From Escherichia phage KM02: DNA of 40,673 bases. Below are positions 7,789 to 18,256 of this stretch, piece by piece. Numbering within the stretch: position 1 is the first letter of the stretch; every line of letters begins with the position of its first letter. Location: sequence record PQ179042, one strand, 5' to 3'. The notes beneath the pieces are model-generated. The model was given only the letters and a program-made list of their open reading frames with translations. It made no database searches and was not told the origin of the DNA. The translations under genes and the position numbers were made by a program.

Positions 7789-8043
7789 ATGTCTAAAAAC
7801 TTAATGTTCAACCGATTTACTAGAAGCTTCCACCTGTCGCATAGCCCATTCAGCTTCCATAAAGCTAATCAACCATTACCCCGCTTTGGTAAGACAGTGG
7901 CTCTGTCTCCTACAGTTCATGCGCTAGTCACCCGCAAGTCTATGCTGAATGCTATGGATAAAGAACAAATTGATGTACCTGTGGTCGTTACAAAATGGCC
8001 TCGCATTAAGCTGGCACTTCTGGTAATTAAGGAGGCGCTCTGA
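7789..8043 (+). CDS. Hypothetical protein
   Basis: 84-aa ORF with SD aaggag. Confidence 0.5.
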   Translation: MSKNLMFNRFTRSFHLSHSPFSFHKANQPLPRFGKTVALSPTVHALVTRKSMLNAMDKEQIDVPVVVTKWPRIKLALLVIKEAL

Positions 8044-8375
8044 TGACATACTGTGATAGCACCACATACTGTGAAGCATGTAATGGTGACGACCGCTTCC
8101 CGCACGTTGGTAAACTTGTAGGTAGCAAACTACAAGAAATTGATGGCGTCCGCAAGCCGTCCCACTATAAGGTCTTTGATGGTGTGGAATCCATTGAGAT
8201 TATAGCACGGTCAATGACTGTGAGTGAGTTCCGTGGGTTCTGCATGGGTAACGTCCTGAAGTATCGACTCCGAGCTGGTAAGAAGTCCGAGCTGGCTACT
8301 ATGGAGAAGGACCTGAACAAAGCGGACTTCTATCAGGAGCTGTTCGACCTGCACAAAGGTAAGTGCCATGCTTAA
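8043..8375 (+). CDS. 1.7: gp1.7-like protein, C-terminal domain only
   Basis: KPSHYKVFDGVESIEIIARSMTVSEFRGFCMGNVLKYRLRAGKKSEL...KADFYQELF matches the recalled C-terminus of T7 gp1.7; 110 aa versus 196 aa. Confidence 0.65.
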   Translation: MTYCDSTTYCEACNGDDRFPHVGKLVGSKLQEIDGVRKPSHYKVFDGVESIEIIARSMTVSEFRGFCMGNVLKYRLRAGKKSELATMEKDLNKADFYQELFDLHKGKCHA

Positions 8376-8455
8376 TGATATTGTGTATTACTGTGTAGTA
8401 TGCGCCGGAGTTGGAGCACTAATCCTTTTAATATATTGGGCCATAGAGGTGTAAT

Positions 8456-8554
8456 ATGGAAAAGCCGAGTGAGTGGTGCGAGCGTAAATTTGAGGAGACA
8501 GGTAACGTCGATTACCTTCAGCTCTACAACTTATGGAAGGAGCGTGGTCTATGA
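8456..8554 (+). CDS. Small hypothetical protein (32 aa)
   Basis: ATG with SD agaggtg; stop overlaps the gene 2 start. Confidence 0.3.
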   Translation: MEKPSEWCERKFEETGNVDYLQLYNLWKERGL

Positions 8555-8709
8555 CTGATGTTGAGAAGAAATACATCGTGGAGCTTGAGGGTTGCGTTCA
8601 GTCCTTCGAGGTTCCGGTGTACGCAAAGTCTCTTGAAGAGGCTACCCTGAAGTCCCAAGAGTATGAGGACGCTGGTTTTGTGGTCGGACGAATCCGTCCT
8701 GAGACCTAA
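8551..8709 (+). CDS. 2: Gp2-like inhibitor of host RNA polymerase
   Basis: 52 aa; SFEVPVYA...[10 protein letters not shown] matches T7 Gp2 SFEVPIYA...AGFEVTRVRP as recalled; SD aaggag. Confidence 0.7.
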   Translation: MTDVEKKYIVELEGCVQSFEVPVYAKSLEEATLKSQEYEDAGFVVGRIRPET

Positions 8710-8727
8710 ACTATCACTGTAGGACAG
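8705..8727 (+). promoter_or_regulatory. Phage-RNAP promoter (phi2.5-like; variant CACTGTAGG)
   Basis: ctaaactatcactgtagg at 8706-8723. Confidence 0.6.
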
Positions 8728-8766
8728 ACGTCCAGTTCGTAACTTTAAATTAGGAGATTTACACCG

Positions 8767-9465
8767 ATGGCTAAAGAGCAACTGAAGACTTTCACCACTC
8801 CTGTAGCTGGTATCGTTGAGCCTTACGCATGGCTTAACAAAGCAGACACCAAGTTTAACGAGCGTGGTGAGCATAAGGTTAACCTGACTTTCAGTCTGGA
8901 TGACCCGAAGGTCCGTAAGATGATTGATGTATTACAGAAGATTCACGACGATGCGTATGCGAAAGCACTCGCAGACCACGAGAAGAACCCACCTCAGGTT
9001 CAGCGTGGCAAGAAGCCTATAGAGCCGCGTGAAGGCGACATGCCGTGGATTGCGAATGGTGACGGTACTGTTACCATGAAGTTTAAATGCTTTGCGTCTT
9101 ACCTGAAAGACGGCAAGTCAGAGCCTATCGTATTACGGTTCTACGACACCGATGCTAAACTCATCCGTGACGTCCCGAATATTGGCGCTGGGTCTAAGCT
9201 GAAGGTAAAGTTTAAAGTCCTGCCGTTCAAGTGGAACGCTGCGACTGGTGCAAGCGTTAAGCTCCAGCTTGAGTCCTGCCTTCTGGTAGAACTGAAGGAA
9301 TGGAAAGGTGATGGTACTGGTGGCGATGGTGGTTGGGGTGATGATGAAGACCTCGGTACTGGCTACAAAGCGTCAACAGATGGTGACTTCGGGTCTGATG
9401 ACTTCGGTGACGATGGTTCCGAAGGTGGTGACGACTCCAGCTCTGGTGGCGATTACGATTTTTGA
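8767..9465 (+). CDS. 2.5: Single-stranded DNA-binding protein
   Basis: 232 aa, identical length to T7 gp2.5; acidic C-terminal tail ending DYDF; internal GKKPIEPREGDMPW. Confidence 0.92.
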   Translation: MAKEQLKTFTTPVAGIVEPYAWLNKADTKFNERGEHKVNLTFSLDDPKVRKMIDVLQKIHDDAYAKALADHEKNPPQVQRGKKPIEPREGDMPWIANGDGTVTMKFKCFASYLKDGKSEPIVLRFYDTDAKLIRDVPNIGAGSKLKVKFKVLPFKWNAATGASVKLQLESCLLVELKEWKGDGTGGDGGWGDDEDLGTGYKASTDGDFGSDDFGDDGSEGGDDSSSGGDYDF

Positions 9466-9896
9466 AGAGACTAAACCGTGAGTCACTGCGGAGTAAGATA
9501 CTAGAAAATGTGACCAGAGAGAATTACTGCTGGATTTGGCAGAAGTCTTTCGGGTCACATGGATATGGTAATATAGGGACTGGGGGACAACGAAATGAGA
9601 CAGTACATAGGGTTTCATACGAAGTGTTCAATGGGACCATACCTGAAAAAATGCTGGTATTACATTCGTGTGACAACCGTAAGTGTTGCAACCCTGAGCA
9701 TTTACGGGTCGGAACATACAAGGAGAACCTCACGGATAGAGACACTAGGTCAAAGCGTGTGGTTGTTATGACTATGGATAAGGCTAGGGAGGCGAGAGCC
9801 TCTGGTCTTTCATGTACTGAACTAGCCACCAAATATGGCCTGTCTTATTCCTCAATGTTTAAGCTATTAAGAGGTGAGACATGGCGAGAAGTATGA
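9462..9896 (+). CDS. HNH homing endonuclease with C-terminal helix-turn-helix
   Basis: Motif YGNIGTGG...VHRVSYEVFNGTIPEKMLVLHSCDNRKCCNPEHL; sits between genes 2.5 and 3; TTG start with no clear SD. Confidence 0.75.
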   Translation: MKRLNRESLRSKILENVTRENYCWIWQKSFGSHGYGNIGTGGQRNETVHRVSYEVFNGTIPEKMLVLHSCDNRKCCNPEHLRVGTYKENLTDRDTRSKRVVVMTMDKAREARASGLSCTELATKYGLSYSSMFKLLRGETWREV

Positions 9897-10333
9897 GTAG
9901 AGGACATCAAGTCGGGGCGTATCGCTCTGGACTGGAGGCAAAGAACCAAGAGTGGCTTGAGAAGAATGGCGTAAAAGCTGAATACGAAGCATATAAGATA
10001 GGCTACGTAGTCCCATCTAGCGATCATTTTTACACGCCAGATTTTATCCTTCCTAACGGTATCATCGTGGAGACCAAAGGTATCTTCGAAAGCGATGACC
10101 GTAAGAAGCACCTTTTGGTACGAGAACAGCACCCAGAGTTAGACATCCGGTTCGTGTTCTCAAGTTCACGCTCCAAGTTATACAAAGGGTCTCCGACCAC
10201 GTATGGCGCATGGTGCGAAAAGAACGGCTTTAAGTATGCCGATAAGTTCATCCCGGTTGAGTGGCTGCGAGAGACGACTGTACGTCTGCCCTCAGGTATC
10301 CTCATCCCCAAGAAGAAAGGAGTTAAGTTATGA
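9881..10333 (+). CDS. 3: Endonuclease I (Holliday junction resolvase)
   Basis: 150 aa; YTPDFILPNGIIVETKG...DDRKKHLLVREQHPELDIRFVFSSSRSKLYKGSPTTYG closely matches T7 gp3. Confidence 0.92.
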   Translation: MARSMSRGHQVGAYRSGLEAKNQEWLEKNGVKAEYEAYKIGYVVPSSDHFYTPDFILPNGIIVETKGIFESDDRKKHLLVREQHPELDIRFVFSSSRSKLYKGSPTTYGAWCEKNGFKYADKFIPVEWLRETTVRLPSGILIPKKKGVKL

Positions 10334-10554
10334 CTCAAGAAGTTGAGGTCGTTCGTAAGCGTCTGACCATTGATAAAATCCCGGTAGGCTATGCGTTTAT
10401 CGTCCACGGTAAGCCGGGTGAAGTGTACGTGAAGATTAGTAACTCTCACGTCTTCAACCATAAGTTGCTCCAGATGCACACCACGGATGCTAACCGCTTC
10501 CAACGTCATCTGAACCTAGTAGCTGTAGAGCTGGTGGTGTATGATGGTGAGTAA
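10330..10554 (+). CDS. Hypothetical protein
   Basis: 74-aa ORF with strong SD aaaggag. Confidence 0.5.
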   Translation: MTQEVEVVRKRLTIDKIPVGYAFIVHGKPGEVYVKISNSHVFNHKLLQMHTTDANRFQRHLNLVAVELVVYDGE

Positions 10555-11002
10555 GGTGCAATTCAACCCACGGTCCCGGACTGACGCTATCTTCGTTCAC
10601 TGTTCGGCTACCAAGCCAGATATGGACATCGGGGTAGAGACCATCCGTATGTGGCATAAGCAGCAAGGCTGGCTTGACGTAGGCTACCACTTTATCATCA
10701 AGCGTGATGGTACTGTGGAAGAAGGTCGCCCGGTAAATGTCGTAGGGTCACACGTTAAGGACTGGAACTCCAAGTCCGTAGGCGTCTGCCTTGTAGGCGG
10801 AATCAACGCTAATGGTAAGTTTGAAGCTAACTTCACTACAGCCCAGATGAACTCCCTGCGCAACAAGCTGGCTGACCTGAAGGTCCTGTATCCTCAGGCA
10901 GAAATCAAAGCACACCATGACGTAGCGCCCAAGGCGTGTCCAAGTTTCGACTTGCAACGCTGGCTGTCTACCAACGAACTGGTAACTTCCGACCGTGGAT
11001 AA
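10541..11002 (+). CDS. 3.5: N-acetylmuramoyl-L-alanine amidase (T7 lysozyme)
   Basis: DAIFVHCSATKP, GWLDVGYHFIIKRDGTVEEGR, KACPSFDL, ELVTSDRG all match T7 gp3.5. Confidence 0.92.
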   Translation: MMVSKVQFNPRSRTDAIFVHCSATKPDMDIGVETIRMWHKQQGWLDVGYHFIIKRDGTVEEGRPVNVVGSHVKDWNSKSVGVCLVGGINANGKFEANFTTAQMNSLRNKLADLKVLYPQAEIKAHHDVAPKACPSFDLQRWLSTNELVTSDRG

Positions 11003-11026
11003 TAAACTCTAAAGGAGAATAACTCA

Positions 11027-11242
11027 ATGATTAAACTTATTGAATTTCTTGGTCGTCTGGTGGTGCGTGGTTATCGTCGTGCTGCGGTACTGGAACGAAA
11101 GGTAGCAGAGAAGACTGCTGACGGTGCTGCTGATGCTGCTGCTCTGGCTGACAAGCTGACCATAGCGTCACTGGAAGCTGGAATGAAGGCTCGTCAGGCT
11201 GATACCAAAGCTGACCAGTTGTCTCAGTTCTTCAAAGACTAA
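11027..11242 (+). CDS. Hypothetical protein
   Basis: 71-aa ORF with SD aaaggag; its stop sits inside the next promoter. Confidence 0.5.
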   Translation: MIKLIEFLGRLVVRGYRRAAVLERKVAEKTADGAADAAALADKLTIASLEAGMKARQADTKADQLSQFFKD

Positions 11243-11260
11243 ACTATCACCTTAGGGATG
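11238..11260 (+). promoter_or_regulatory. Phage-RNAP promoter, diverged at -4/-3 (CACCTTAGGG)
   Basis: ctaaactatcaccttaggg at 11239-11257. Confidence 0.5.
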
Positions 11261-11310
11261 GGACCATGAGTCCTGTCCCTTTGTTCGCATTTGTTACTAA
11301 GGAGTGACCG

Positions 11311-11490
11311 ATGGTTACAGTTATTCTAGTTCTAACGCTGATCAGTGGTAGTGGGCAAACTATCAGCCAAGTACCTATAACAGCGCCAACATTACAGGAC
11401 GCATTCACAATATGTGACCAGTCCGGCTCAAAGTGGGCCGACAAGTTTGGCGATGTCTCAAACGTTGCAGCAGGGTATGAGTGTATTTAA
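11311..11490 (+). CDS. Small protein with hydrophobic N-terminus (59 aa)
   Basis: SD aaggagtgacc is identical to the one preceding gene 4; N-terminus MVTVILVLTLISG. Confidence 0.4.
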   Translation: MVTVILVLTLISGSGQTISQVPITAPTLQDAFTICDQSGSKWADKFGDVSNVAAGYECI

Positions 11491-11497
11491 GGAGTGA

Positions 11498-13201
<1,704 letters not shown>

Positions 13202-13216
13202 ATGTCAATGCCCTGA

Positions 13217-13417
13217 GTGCGATTGGAAGTCACCATACGGAGGACACCATTAGTGTTTAAGAAACTTAAAGCTCGCTACCATCGGTTCATGTACAAATGG
13301 TGGAGCGATGAAGCAACCTGCCTGTCGAACATTCTTGGAGAACAGCGGTTCGAGTCTAAGGCATGGAAGAAAGCTAACCGTAAGTTTATGTACCACTTCT
13401 TACGTACAGACTTATAG
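13217..13417 (+). CDS. Hypothetical protein (probable GTG start at 13253)
   Basis: ORF in track; SD acggagga lies 7 nt before the GTG at 13253. Confidence 0.35.
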   Translation: MRLEVTIRRTPLVFKKLKARYHRFMYKWWSDEATCLSNILGEQRFESKAWKKANRKFMYHFLRTDL

Positions 13418-13419
13418 GT

Positions 13420-13461
13420 ATAGACTCAAGGTCATTCACATCGAGTGGCCTTTATGATTAG
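13420..13461 (+). promoter_or_regulatory. Conserved RNase III-site-like motif (copy B; T7 R4.7 position)
   Basis: tagactcaaggtcat-N9-gtggcctttatgatta immediately upstream of gene 5. Confidence 0.5.
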
Positions 13462-13480
13462 ACTAAACGGAGGATTAACC

Positions 13481-15652
13481 ATGTTTGACCTTAAGAGTAT
13501 CTGGGGTTCTGACATCGAGACCGACGGTCTCCTTGATACAGTCTCCCAGTTTCACTGTGGGGTACTGATTAACGCCGAGTCGAATGAGACCCTTAAGTAT
13601 GGGGTAGCTCCGATGGTCGGTATCGTCGGGGGCTTCAAAGAGTATGTTCAGAAGGTGGAAGAGATTGCCGCATCACCTGATGGTATGCTGGTATACCACA
13701 ACGGTATCAACTACGACGTCCCTGCTATTGACAAGCTGAAACGTCTGTACTTTGGGAAACGCTTTAACTTCCCAAAACACAAGATGATTGATACCTTGGT
13801 GCTTGGGCGCTTGATGTATCCCAACATTAAGTTCTCAGACATGGGAGCAGTGAAAGCTGGTCGTCTGCCCCCTAAGATGATGGGACGCCAGTCTCTTGAG
13901 GCTTGGGGCTATCGTCTCGGTGAGATGAAGGGTGAGTACAAACACGATTACGTTGCCAAGTGCAAGGCCGAAGGTATCGAATATAAGGCTGGGGACGAAT
14001 GGTTGTTCCCGTCTCAGGAGATGCTAGACTATAACGTTCAAGACGTTGTGGTAACGCTGGCGTTGTTCAAGAAGTTCCTGACTGACAAGTATTACTTCCA
14101 GTCTGAACAGTTCGCTTTCGACCAGATTTATGCGTTGCGTCTGGAACATGATGCTGCGTGGACCTGTGCGAAGATGGAGCGTAACGGCTATCCGATGAAC
14201 ACCGAGATGGTCGAAGGCTTATATCGTGAACTCACCATCAAACGTGCAGAGTTGTTGGACAAGCTGCGTTCGACTTTCGGTAGCTGGTATGCACCAAATG
14301 GAGGCAAGGAGTTCTTCAAGCACCCACGGACAGGCAAGGACCTTCCGAAGTATCCGCGAGTCGTGTATCCTAAGGTCGGGTCAGTATTCAAGAAGCCGAA
14401 GAACAAAGCTCAACGCTTAGGTCTGGAGCCTTGCGAGTTCGACTCACGAGACACGATGGAAGGAGCACCGTTCACGCCAATCACTTACGTTGAGTTTAAT
14501 CCGGGAAGCGGAGACCACTTAGCGAAAGTCTTGATGGAGCGTGGTTGGGAGCCTGTTGACTTCACTGACACTGGGAAACCTGTAGTCGATGACGAGACGT
14601 TAGAACACGTTAAGCTACCAGACGCAGAGGCTCAGGCTTGCGTAGAGCTGGTCCGTGAGTATCTGGTAGTCCAGAAGCGCATCGGTCAGGCGGCTGAAGG
14701 TAAGAACGCATGGTTGAAACTTATAGGTCCAGACGGACGTATGCACGGTTCAATCAACCCATGCGGCGCAGTAACAGGACGTGCGACTCATAGTTCACCA
14801 AACATGGCTCAGGTCCCTGCTAACGGTGCTCCGTATGGTGAGATTTGCCGTGGTGCTTTCGGTGCAGCTTGGAACAAGACGGATAGTAAGCCAGACCCTT
14901 GGATTCAAGTGGGTGTGGATGCTTCAGGTCTTGAGCTTCGTTGTCTGGGGAACCGAGCTGCTCCGTTTGATGGTGGGGCCTATGCGAAGACTGTGGTAGA
15001 AGGTGACATCCACTGGGCCAACGCAGTCAACGCTGGGTTAGCACCTAACGTCCCACGCGACAAGTCGAGCCACGACCACGATGCTTTCCGTAACAACGCT
15101 AAGACGTTCATCTATGCGTTCCTGTATGGTGCAGGGGCCGCGAAGATTGGACTAATAGTTGGTGGTGGTAAGAAGGAAGGTGCTGCCCTGATGAAGAAAT
15201 TCATTGAGGGTACACCAGCTATCAAGGACCTCAGGGAAGCTGTGAATAATACGTTAATCTCAGACTCTAAGTGGGTGGATGGTGAGAATATCGTTAAGTG
15301 GAAACGCCGTTGGTTGCGTGGACTTGATGGTCGCCGTATCCACATCCGGTCGCCACACTCAGCACTGAACGCATTACTTCAAGGTGATGGCGCGGTAGTC
15401 TGTAAGCACTGGATGGTACTGACGGAGAAGAAACTTGAGGAAGCTGGCTACGGTAATGGCTGGGATGGTGACTTTGCGCTAATGGCTTGGATTCACGACG
15501 AATTGCAGATTGCGTGTCGTACTCAGGAGATTGCCGAAGAAGTCGTCCGTATTGCACAAGAAGCAATGCGTGAGGTAGGACGTTTTTATAACTTCAAGTG
15601 TGATCTTGATACGGAGGGTAAGATTGGACCAACGTGGAAAGAATGCCATTGA
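13481..15652 (+). CDS. 5: DNA polymerase (family A)
   Basis: Strong identity to T7 gp5 throughout (KFHCGV, HNG..YDVPA, QDVVVT, GRATHSSPNMAQVP, DASGLELRC, AKTFIYAFLYGAG, HDELQ); ATG 13481 with SD ggagga preferred over the track GTG 13445. Confidence 0.97.
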   Translation: MFDLKSIWGSDIETDGLLDTVSQFHCGVLINAESNETLKYGVAPMVGIVGGFKEYVQKVEEIAASPDGMLVYHNGINYDVPAIDKLKRLYFGKRFNFPKHKMIDTLVLGRLMYPNIKFSDMGAVKAGRLPPKMMGRQSLEAWGYRLGEMKGEYKHDYVAKCKAEGIEYKAGDEWLFPSQEMLDYNVQDVVVTLALFKKFLTDKYYFQSEQFAFDQIYALRLEHDAAWTCAKMERNGYPMNTEMVEGLYRELTIKRAELLDKLRSTFGSWYAPNGGKEFFKHPRTGKDLPKYPRVVYPKVGSVFKKPKNKAQRLGLEPCEFDSRDTMEGAPFTPITYVEFNPGSGDHLAKVLMERGWEPVDFTDTGKPVVDDETLEHVKLPDAEAQACVELVREYLVVQKRIGQAAEGKNAWLKLIGPDGRMHGSINPCGAVTGRATHSSPNMAQVPANGAPYGEICRGAFGAAWNKTDSKPDPWIQVGVDASGLELRCLGNRAAPFDGGAYAKTVVEGDIHWANAVNAGLAPNVPRDKSSHDHDAFRNNAKTFIYAFLYGAGAAKIGLIVGGGKKEGAALMKKFIEGTPAIKDLREAVNNTLISDSKWVDGENIVKWKRRWLRGLDGRRIHIRSPHSALNALLQGDGAVVCKHWMVLTEKKLEEAGYGNGWDGDFALMAWIHDELQIACRTQEIAEEVVRIAQEAMREVGRFYNFKCDLDTEGKIGPTWKECH

Positions 15653-15683
15653 CCCTCGAACCAAGACCTTGCGCTTCCACACA

Positions 15684-15977
15684 ATGCCTACTGGATGTAT
15701 CGTCTGCGTGTCCCACAAGAGGAACCAAGATGGATACTTCCGGTATTCTATGTGAAGCTACAGGAAGGGCAACAAGTTCGCCTTCATGTTTCACAGATGG
15801 GTGTGGGAACAGAAGCGCGGACCTATACCGGATGGCTATGAGATAGACCATTTGTGTTTGAATCGTGGGTGCTGTAACGTAGAACATCTACAATGTATTC
15901 CAAAGCGTGATCACGTCATCAAGACTAACCGTGAGCGCAAACTTATTAAGAAGGAGAAGACTAATGGCTATTACTAA
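15684..15977 (+). pseudogene. HNH homing endonuclease (T7 gene 5.3 position) interrupted by an in-frame TGA at 15753-15755
   Basis: Frame reads MPTGCIVCVSHKRNQDGYFRYSM-stop-SYRKGNKFAFMFHRWVWEQKRGPIPDGYEIDHLCLNRGCCNVEHL; HNH-like on both sides of the stop. Confidence 0.55.
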
Positions 15978-16248
15978 ACGTATTCGTGTAAGTTTCGACC
16001 TGAAGATGGTTGTCAACTCAAAGGAAGAAGAGACCATGTGTCGCCAACTGGCTGAGATGACTAAAGCCTACGCTGATGGCGAGAAGCTGGATGGACTTCA
16101 GTTGGCTATGGTCAAAGCAGCAATCGAGTCAGGACCTGAGTCTGCCCTCGAGATTGCCGTCAAGAAGGTCATCAAGGAGGAGCTGGTGGACGCCTTTGGT
16201 GATGACCAGTTCGGTGTGTCCAACCTGCAATTCGAGGTCAAGCAATGA
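15964..16248 (+). CDS. 5.5: gp5.5-like protein
   Basis: MAITKRIRVSFDL matches the T7 gp5.5 N-terminus MAMTKRFKVSFDV; SD aaggag; the track ORF 15907 is an upstream extension. Confidence 0.7.
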   Translation: MAITKRIRVSFDLKMVVNSKEEETMCRQLAEMTKAYADGEKLDGLQLAMVKAAIESGPESALEIAVKKVIKEELVDAFGDDQFGVSNLQFEVKQ

Positions 16249-16454
16249 GTGAATACTTACGGGTCCTAGCGGCCCTTAAGTCCTGCCCGAAGACCTTCCA
16301 GTCTAACTATGTGCGCAACAACGCTGCACTTGTGGCTGAGGCTGCGAGTCGTGGACATCTAAGCTGCCTGTCTATGGATGGGCGTAACAACGGTGCGTGG
16401 GAAATTACCGCTGCTGGCACCAAGTTCCTGAACCAACACGGAGGCTGTCTATGA
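16245..16454 (+). CDS. 5.7: gp5.7-like protein
   Basis: 69 aa; MSEYLRVLAALKSCPKTFQSNYVRNNAALVAEAASRGH is near-identical to T7 gp5.7 as recalled. Confidence 0.85.
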   Translation: MSEYLRVLAALKSCPKTFQSNYVRNNAALVAEAASRGHLSCLSMDGRNNGAWEITAAGTKFLNQHGGCL

Positions 16455-16900
16455 AGATACCTGAAAGTCTGAAAGAGCTGGTCCTTGAAATGGCTGAATT
16501 CGATAAGGAGCACCGCAAGTACGGTGAGTTCTACGCATCTTGGTCATTCACCCTGACTGAGAAGGACGTTGAGGCCTACGCAGAGTCTCCCGCTGAGGCT
16601 TATGAGTGGCATCCGTTCATCGGACTGACCATCGTAGCTAGCGGTATGTGGGATGACGGATACGGCTCAGAGGTAAACGACTGGGACGTGTACCGCCAAG
16701 TTGAGAAGGAGACCGAAATGTCTTCCAACTTCTGGAGCCTGATGTCACACCTCAACTCAGAGGATAATGACATGGCCCATGAGTTCGCCAGTAAATGGCT
16801 GAAGCCTGAGGTGACTCTGGAACGTATTGAGGAGCCTAAAGTTCCCTTGATGCCATATGCAGTCGCTATGGCTACAGGAGGTCTGGATGATGGGTGCTGA
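16451..16900 (+). CDS. Strongly acidic hypothetical protein at the gp5.9 position
   Basis: 149 aa from ATG 16451 (SD acggagg); about 30 D/E versus about 11 K/R; no similarity to T7 gp5.9. Confidence 0.5.
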   Translation: MKIPESLKELVLEMAEFDKEHRKYGEFYASWSFTLTEKDVEAYAESPAEAYEWHPFIGLTIVASGMWDDGYGSEVNDWDVYRQVEKETEMSSNFWSLMSHLNSEDNDMAHEFASKWLKPEVTLERIEEPKVPLMPYAVAMATGGLDDGC

Positions 16901-17759
16901 GAAGAAGATAGCTCTTGTTCTTGATGGCGATTACCTAGTATTCTCTTCTATGGCTGCTGCCGAGGACGAGACAGACTGGGGCGATGATATTTATACTCTG
17001 ATTTGTGACCACGCCAAGGCTCGTCATATCCTTGAGAACACCATCGCTGAAATCGTTAAGAATCGCAAGGCGTGGAAAGACGCTAAGATTGTGATGTGCT
17101 TTACGGATGATAATAACTGGCGTAAGGATGTTCTTCCTACCTATAAGGCCAACCGTAAGGGTTCACGTAAGCCTGTAGGTTACAAGAAGTTCGTAGCCGA
17201 AGTGATGGCTGACCCACGGTTCAACAGCTTTCTGCGTCCTACGCTTGAGGGTGATGACTGTATGGGCATCATCGGGACCAGACCTCAGATTGTCGGATGT
17301 GACCATGCGGTTCTGGTGTCCTGTGACAAGGACTTCAAGACCATACCGAACTGTGAGTTCTTCTGGTTAACCACTGGTGAAATCCTGAGTCATACGACTG
17401 CTGAGGCAGACTACTGGCACATGGAGCAAACCATCAAGGGTGACACTACAGATGGCTACGGTGGCATTCCGGGGATGGGTGAGGACACCACTCGTGCGTT
17501 CCTTGACGAGCCGTACTACTTCGTGCAGGAGAGCCGTGAGCTTAAGACTGGTAAGAACAAAGGCCAGATTAAGACTGAGTGGAAGAAGTATCCAAAGCGT
17601 GAAGACATGACGCTGTGGGATTGCATGGTGACTCTGGCTGCTAAGGCTGGCATGACCGAGGAGGAACTTCTGGTCCAAGCTCAGGTCGCTCGTATTTGCC
17701 GGGCCTCCGACTACGACCCTAAGTCCAAGGAGGTCATACTGTGGACACCATCCATGTAA
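16887..17759 (+). CDS. 6: 5'-3' exonuclease
   Basis: CDHAKARHILE, NWRK, YKANRK, CDKDFKTIPNC, TIKGDTTDGY, GKNKGQ, TLWDC, AKAGMTEEE match T7 gp6; SD aggagg 5 nt upstream of 16887. Confidence 0.92.
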   Translation: MMGAEKKIALVLDGDYLVFSSMAAAEDETDWGDDIYTLICDHAKARHILENTIAEIVKNRKAWKDAKIVMCFTDDNNWRKDVLPTYKANRKGSRKPVGYKKFVAEVMADPRFNSFLRPTLEGDDCMGIIGTRPQIVGCDHAVLVSCDKDFKTIPNCEFFWLTTGEILSHTTAEADYWHMEQTIKGDTTDGYGGIPGMGEDTTRAFLDEPYYFVQESRELKTGKNKGQIKTEWKKYPKREDMTLWDCMVTLAAKAGMTEEELLVQAQVARICRASDYDPKSKEVILWTPSM

Positions 17760-17833
17760 TTTACTGGGCCGGACTTCTGACCCTTTACTGCATGTACAAG
17801 TGGTTCGGGTCGAACAACCGTCCTAAACACTGA
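17741..17833 (+). CDS. Small ORF (30 aa) after gene 6, GTG start
   Basis: SD aaggagg 7 nt before the GTG at 17741; hydrophobic core; gene 6.3 position. Confidence 0.25.
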   Translation: MDTIHVIYWAGLLTLYCMYKWFGSNNRPKH

Positions 17834-17885
17834 GTCTAACCGATAGTCATATCCTATTAATCAAACAGTCATCCATAGGTGAAAC

Positions 17886-17908
17886 ACTAAACTATCACTA
17901 TAGGGACT
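17886..17908 (+). promoter_or_regulatory. Phage-RNAP promoter (phi6.5 analogue)
   Basis: ctaaactatcactataggga at 17887-17906. Confidence 0.75.
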
Positions 17909-17969
17909 TTAGGACCTAAGATATGACTATAAGATAGACTTTAGTCTTAACTTAAAGAGGAGATTCAAG

Positions 17970-18242
17970 ATGGCTCTTAATGCTATTGAAAACGTTGTTA
18001 AGCAGTTACAGGAAGAAAGACTTGATGTCCCTAACATCTCCCAGTCTGCCATCCAGTTCCTGCACGTATTGTTCAACGCAAGCTATGCTGAGAAGATGGG
18101 AGCTATCAGTCTCCTCAAGCAGCAAGGCTACAGCGATGCGTTCATTGCCGGGTTCATCAAGGGTCTCCAGTATTGTTCTGACACTCTCGACTCTGCGATT
18201 GCTATGCGTCGTGAGCTGAAAGATACAGTTCAGTTCGATTAA
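17970..18242 (+). CDS. 6.5: gp6.5-like protein
   Basis: 90-aa ORF with SD gaggag; assigned by position. Confidence 0.55.
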   Translation: MALNAIENVVKQLQEERLDVPNISQSAIQFLHVLFNASYAEKMGAISLLKQQGYSDAFIAGFIKGLQYCSDTLDSAIAMRRELKDTVQFD

Positions 18243-18256
18243 CTGTAGGAGGGACT

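Noticed and set aside
13445-13480. Track start (GTG 13445) for the DNA polymerase ORF
   Set aside because: ATG 13481 has an SD ggagga at optimal spacing and aligns with the T7 gp5 N-terminus; the extension overlaps the RNase III-like motif.
15634-15846. 70-aa ORF in another frame downstream of the polymerase
   Set aside because: The HNH-like sequence lies in a different frame across this region; this ORF is a chance overlap.
15907-15963. N-terminal extension of the gp5.5 ORF
   Set aside because: Homology to gp5.5 and the SD both begin at ATG 15964.
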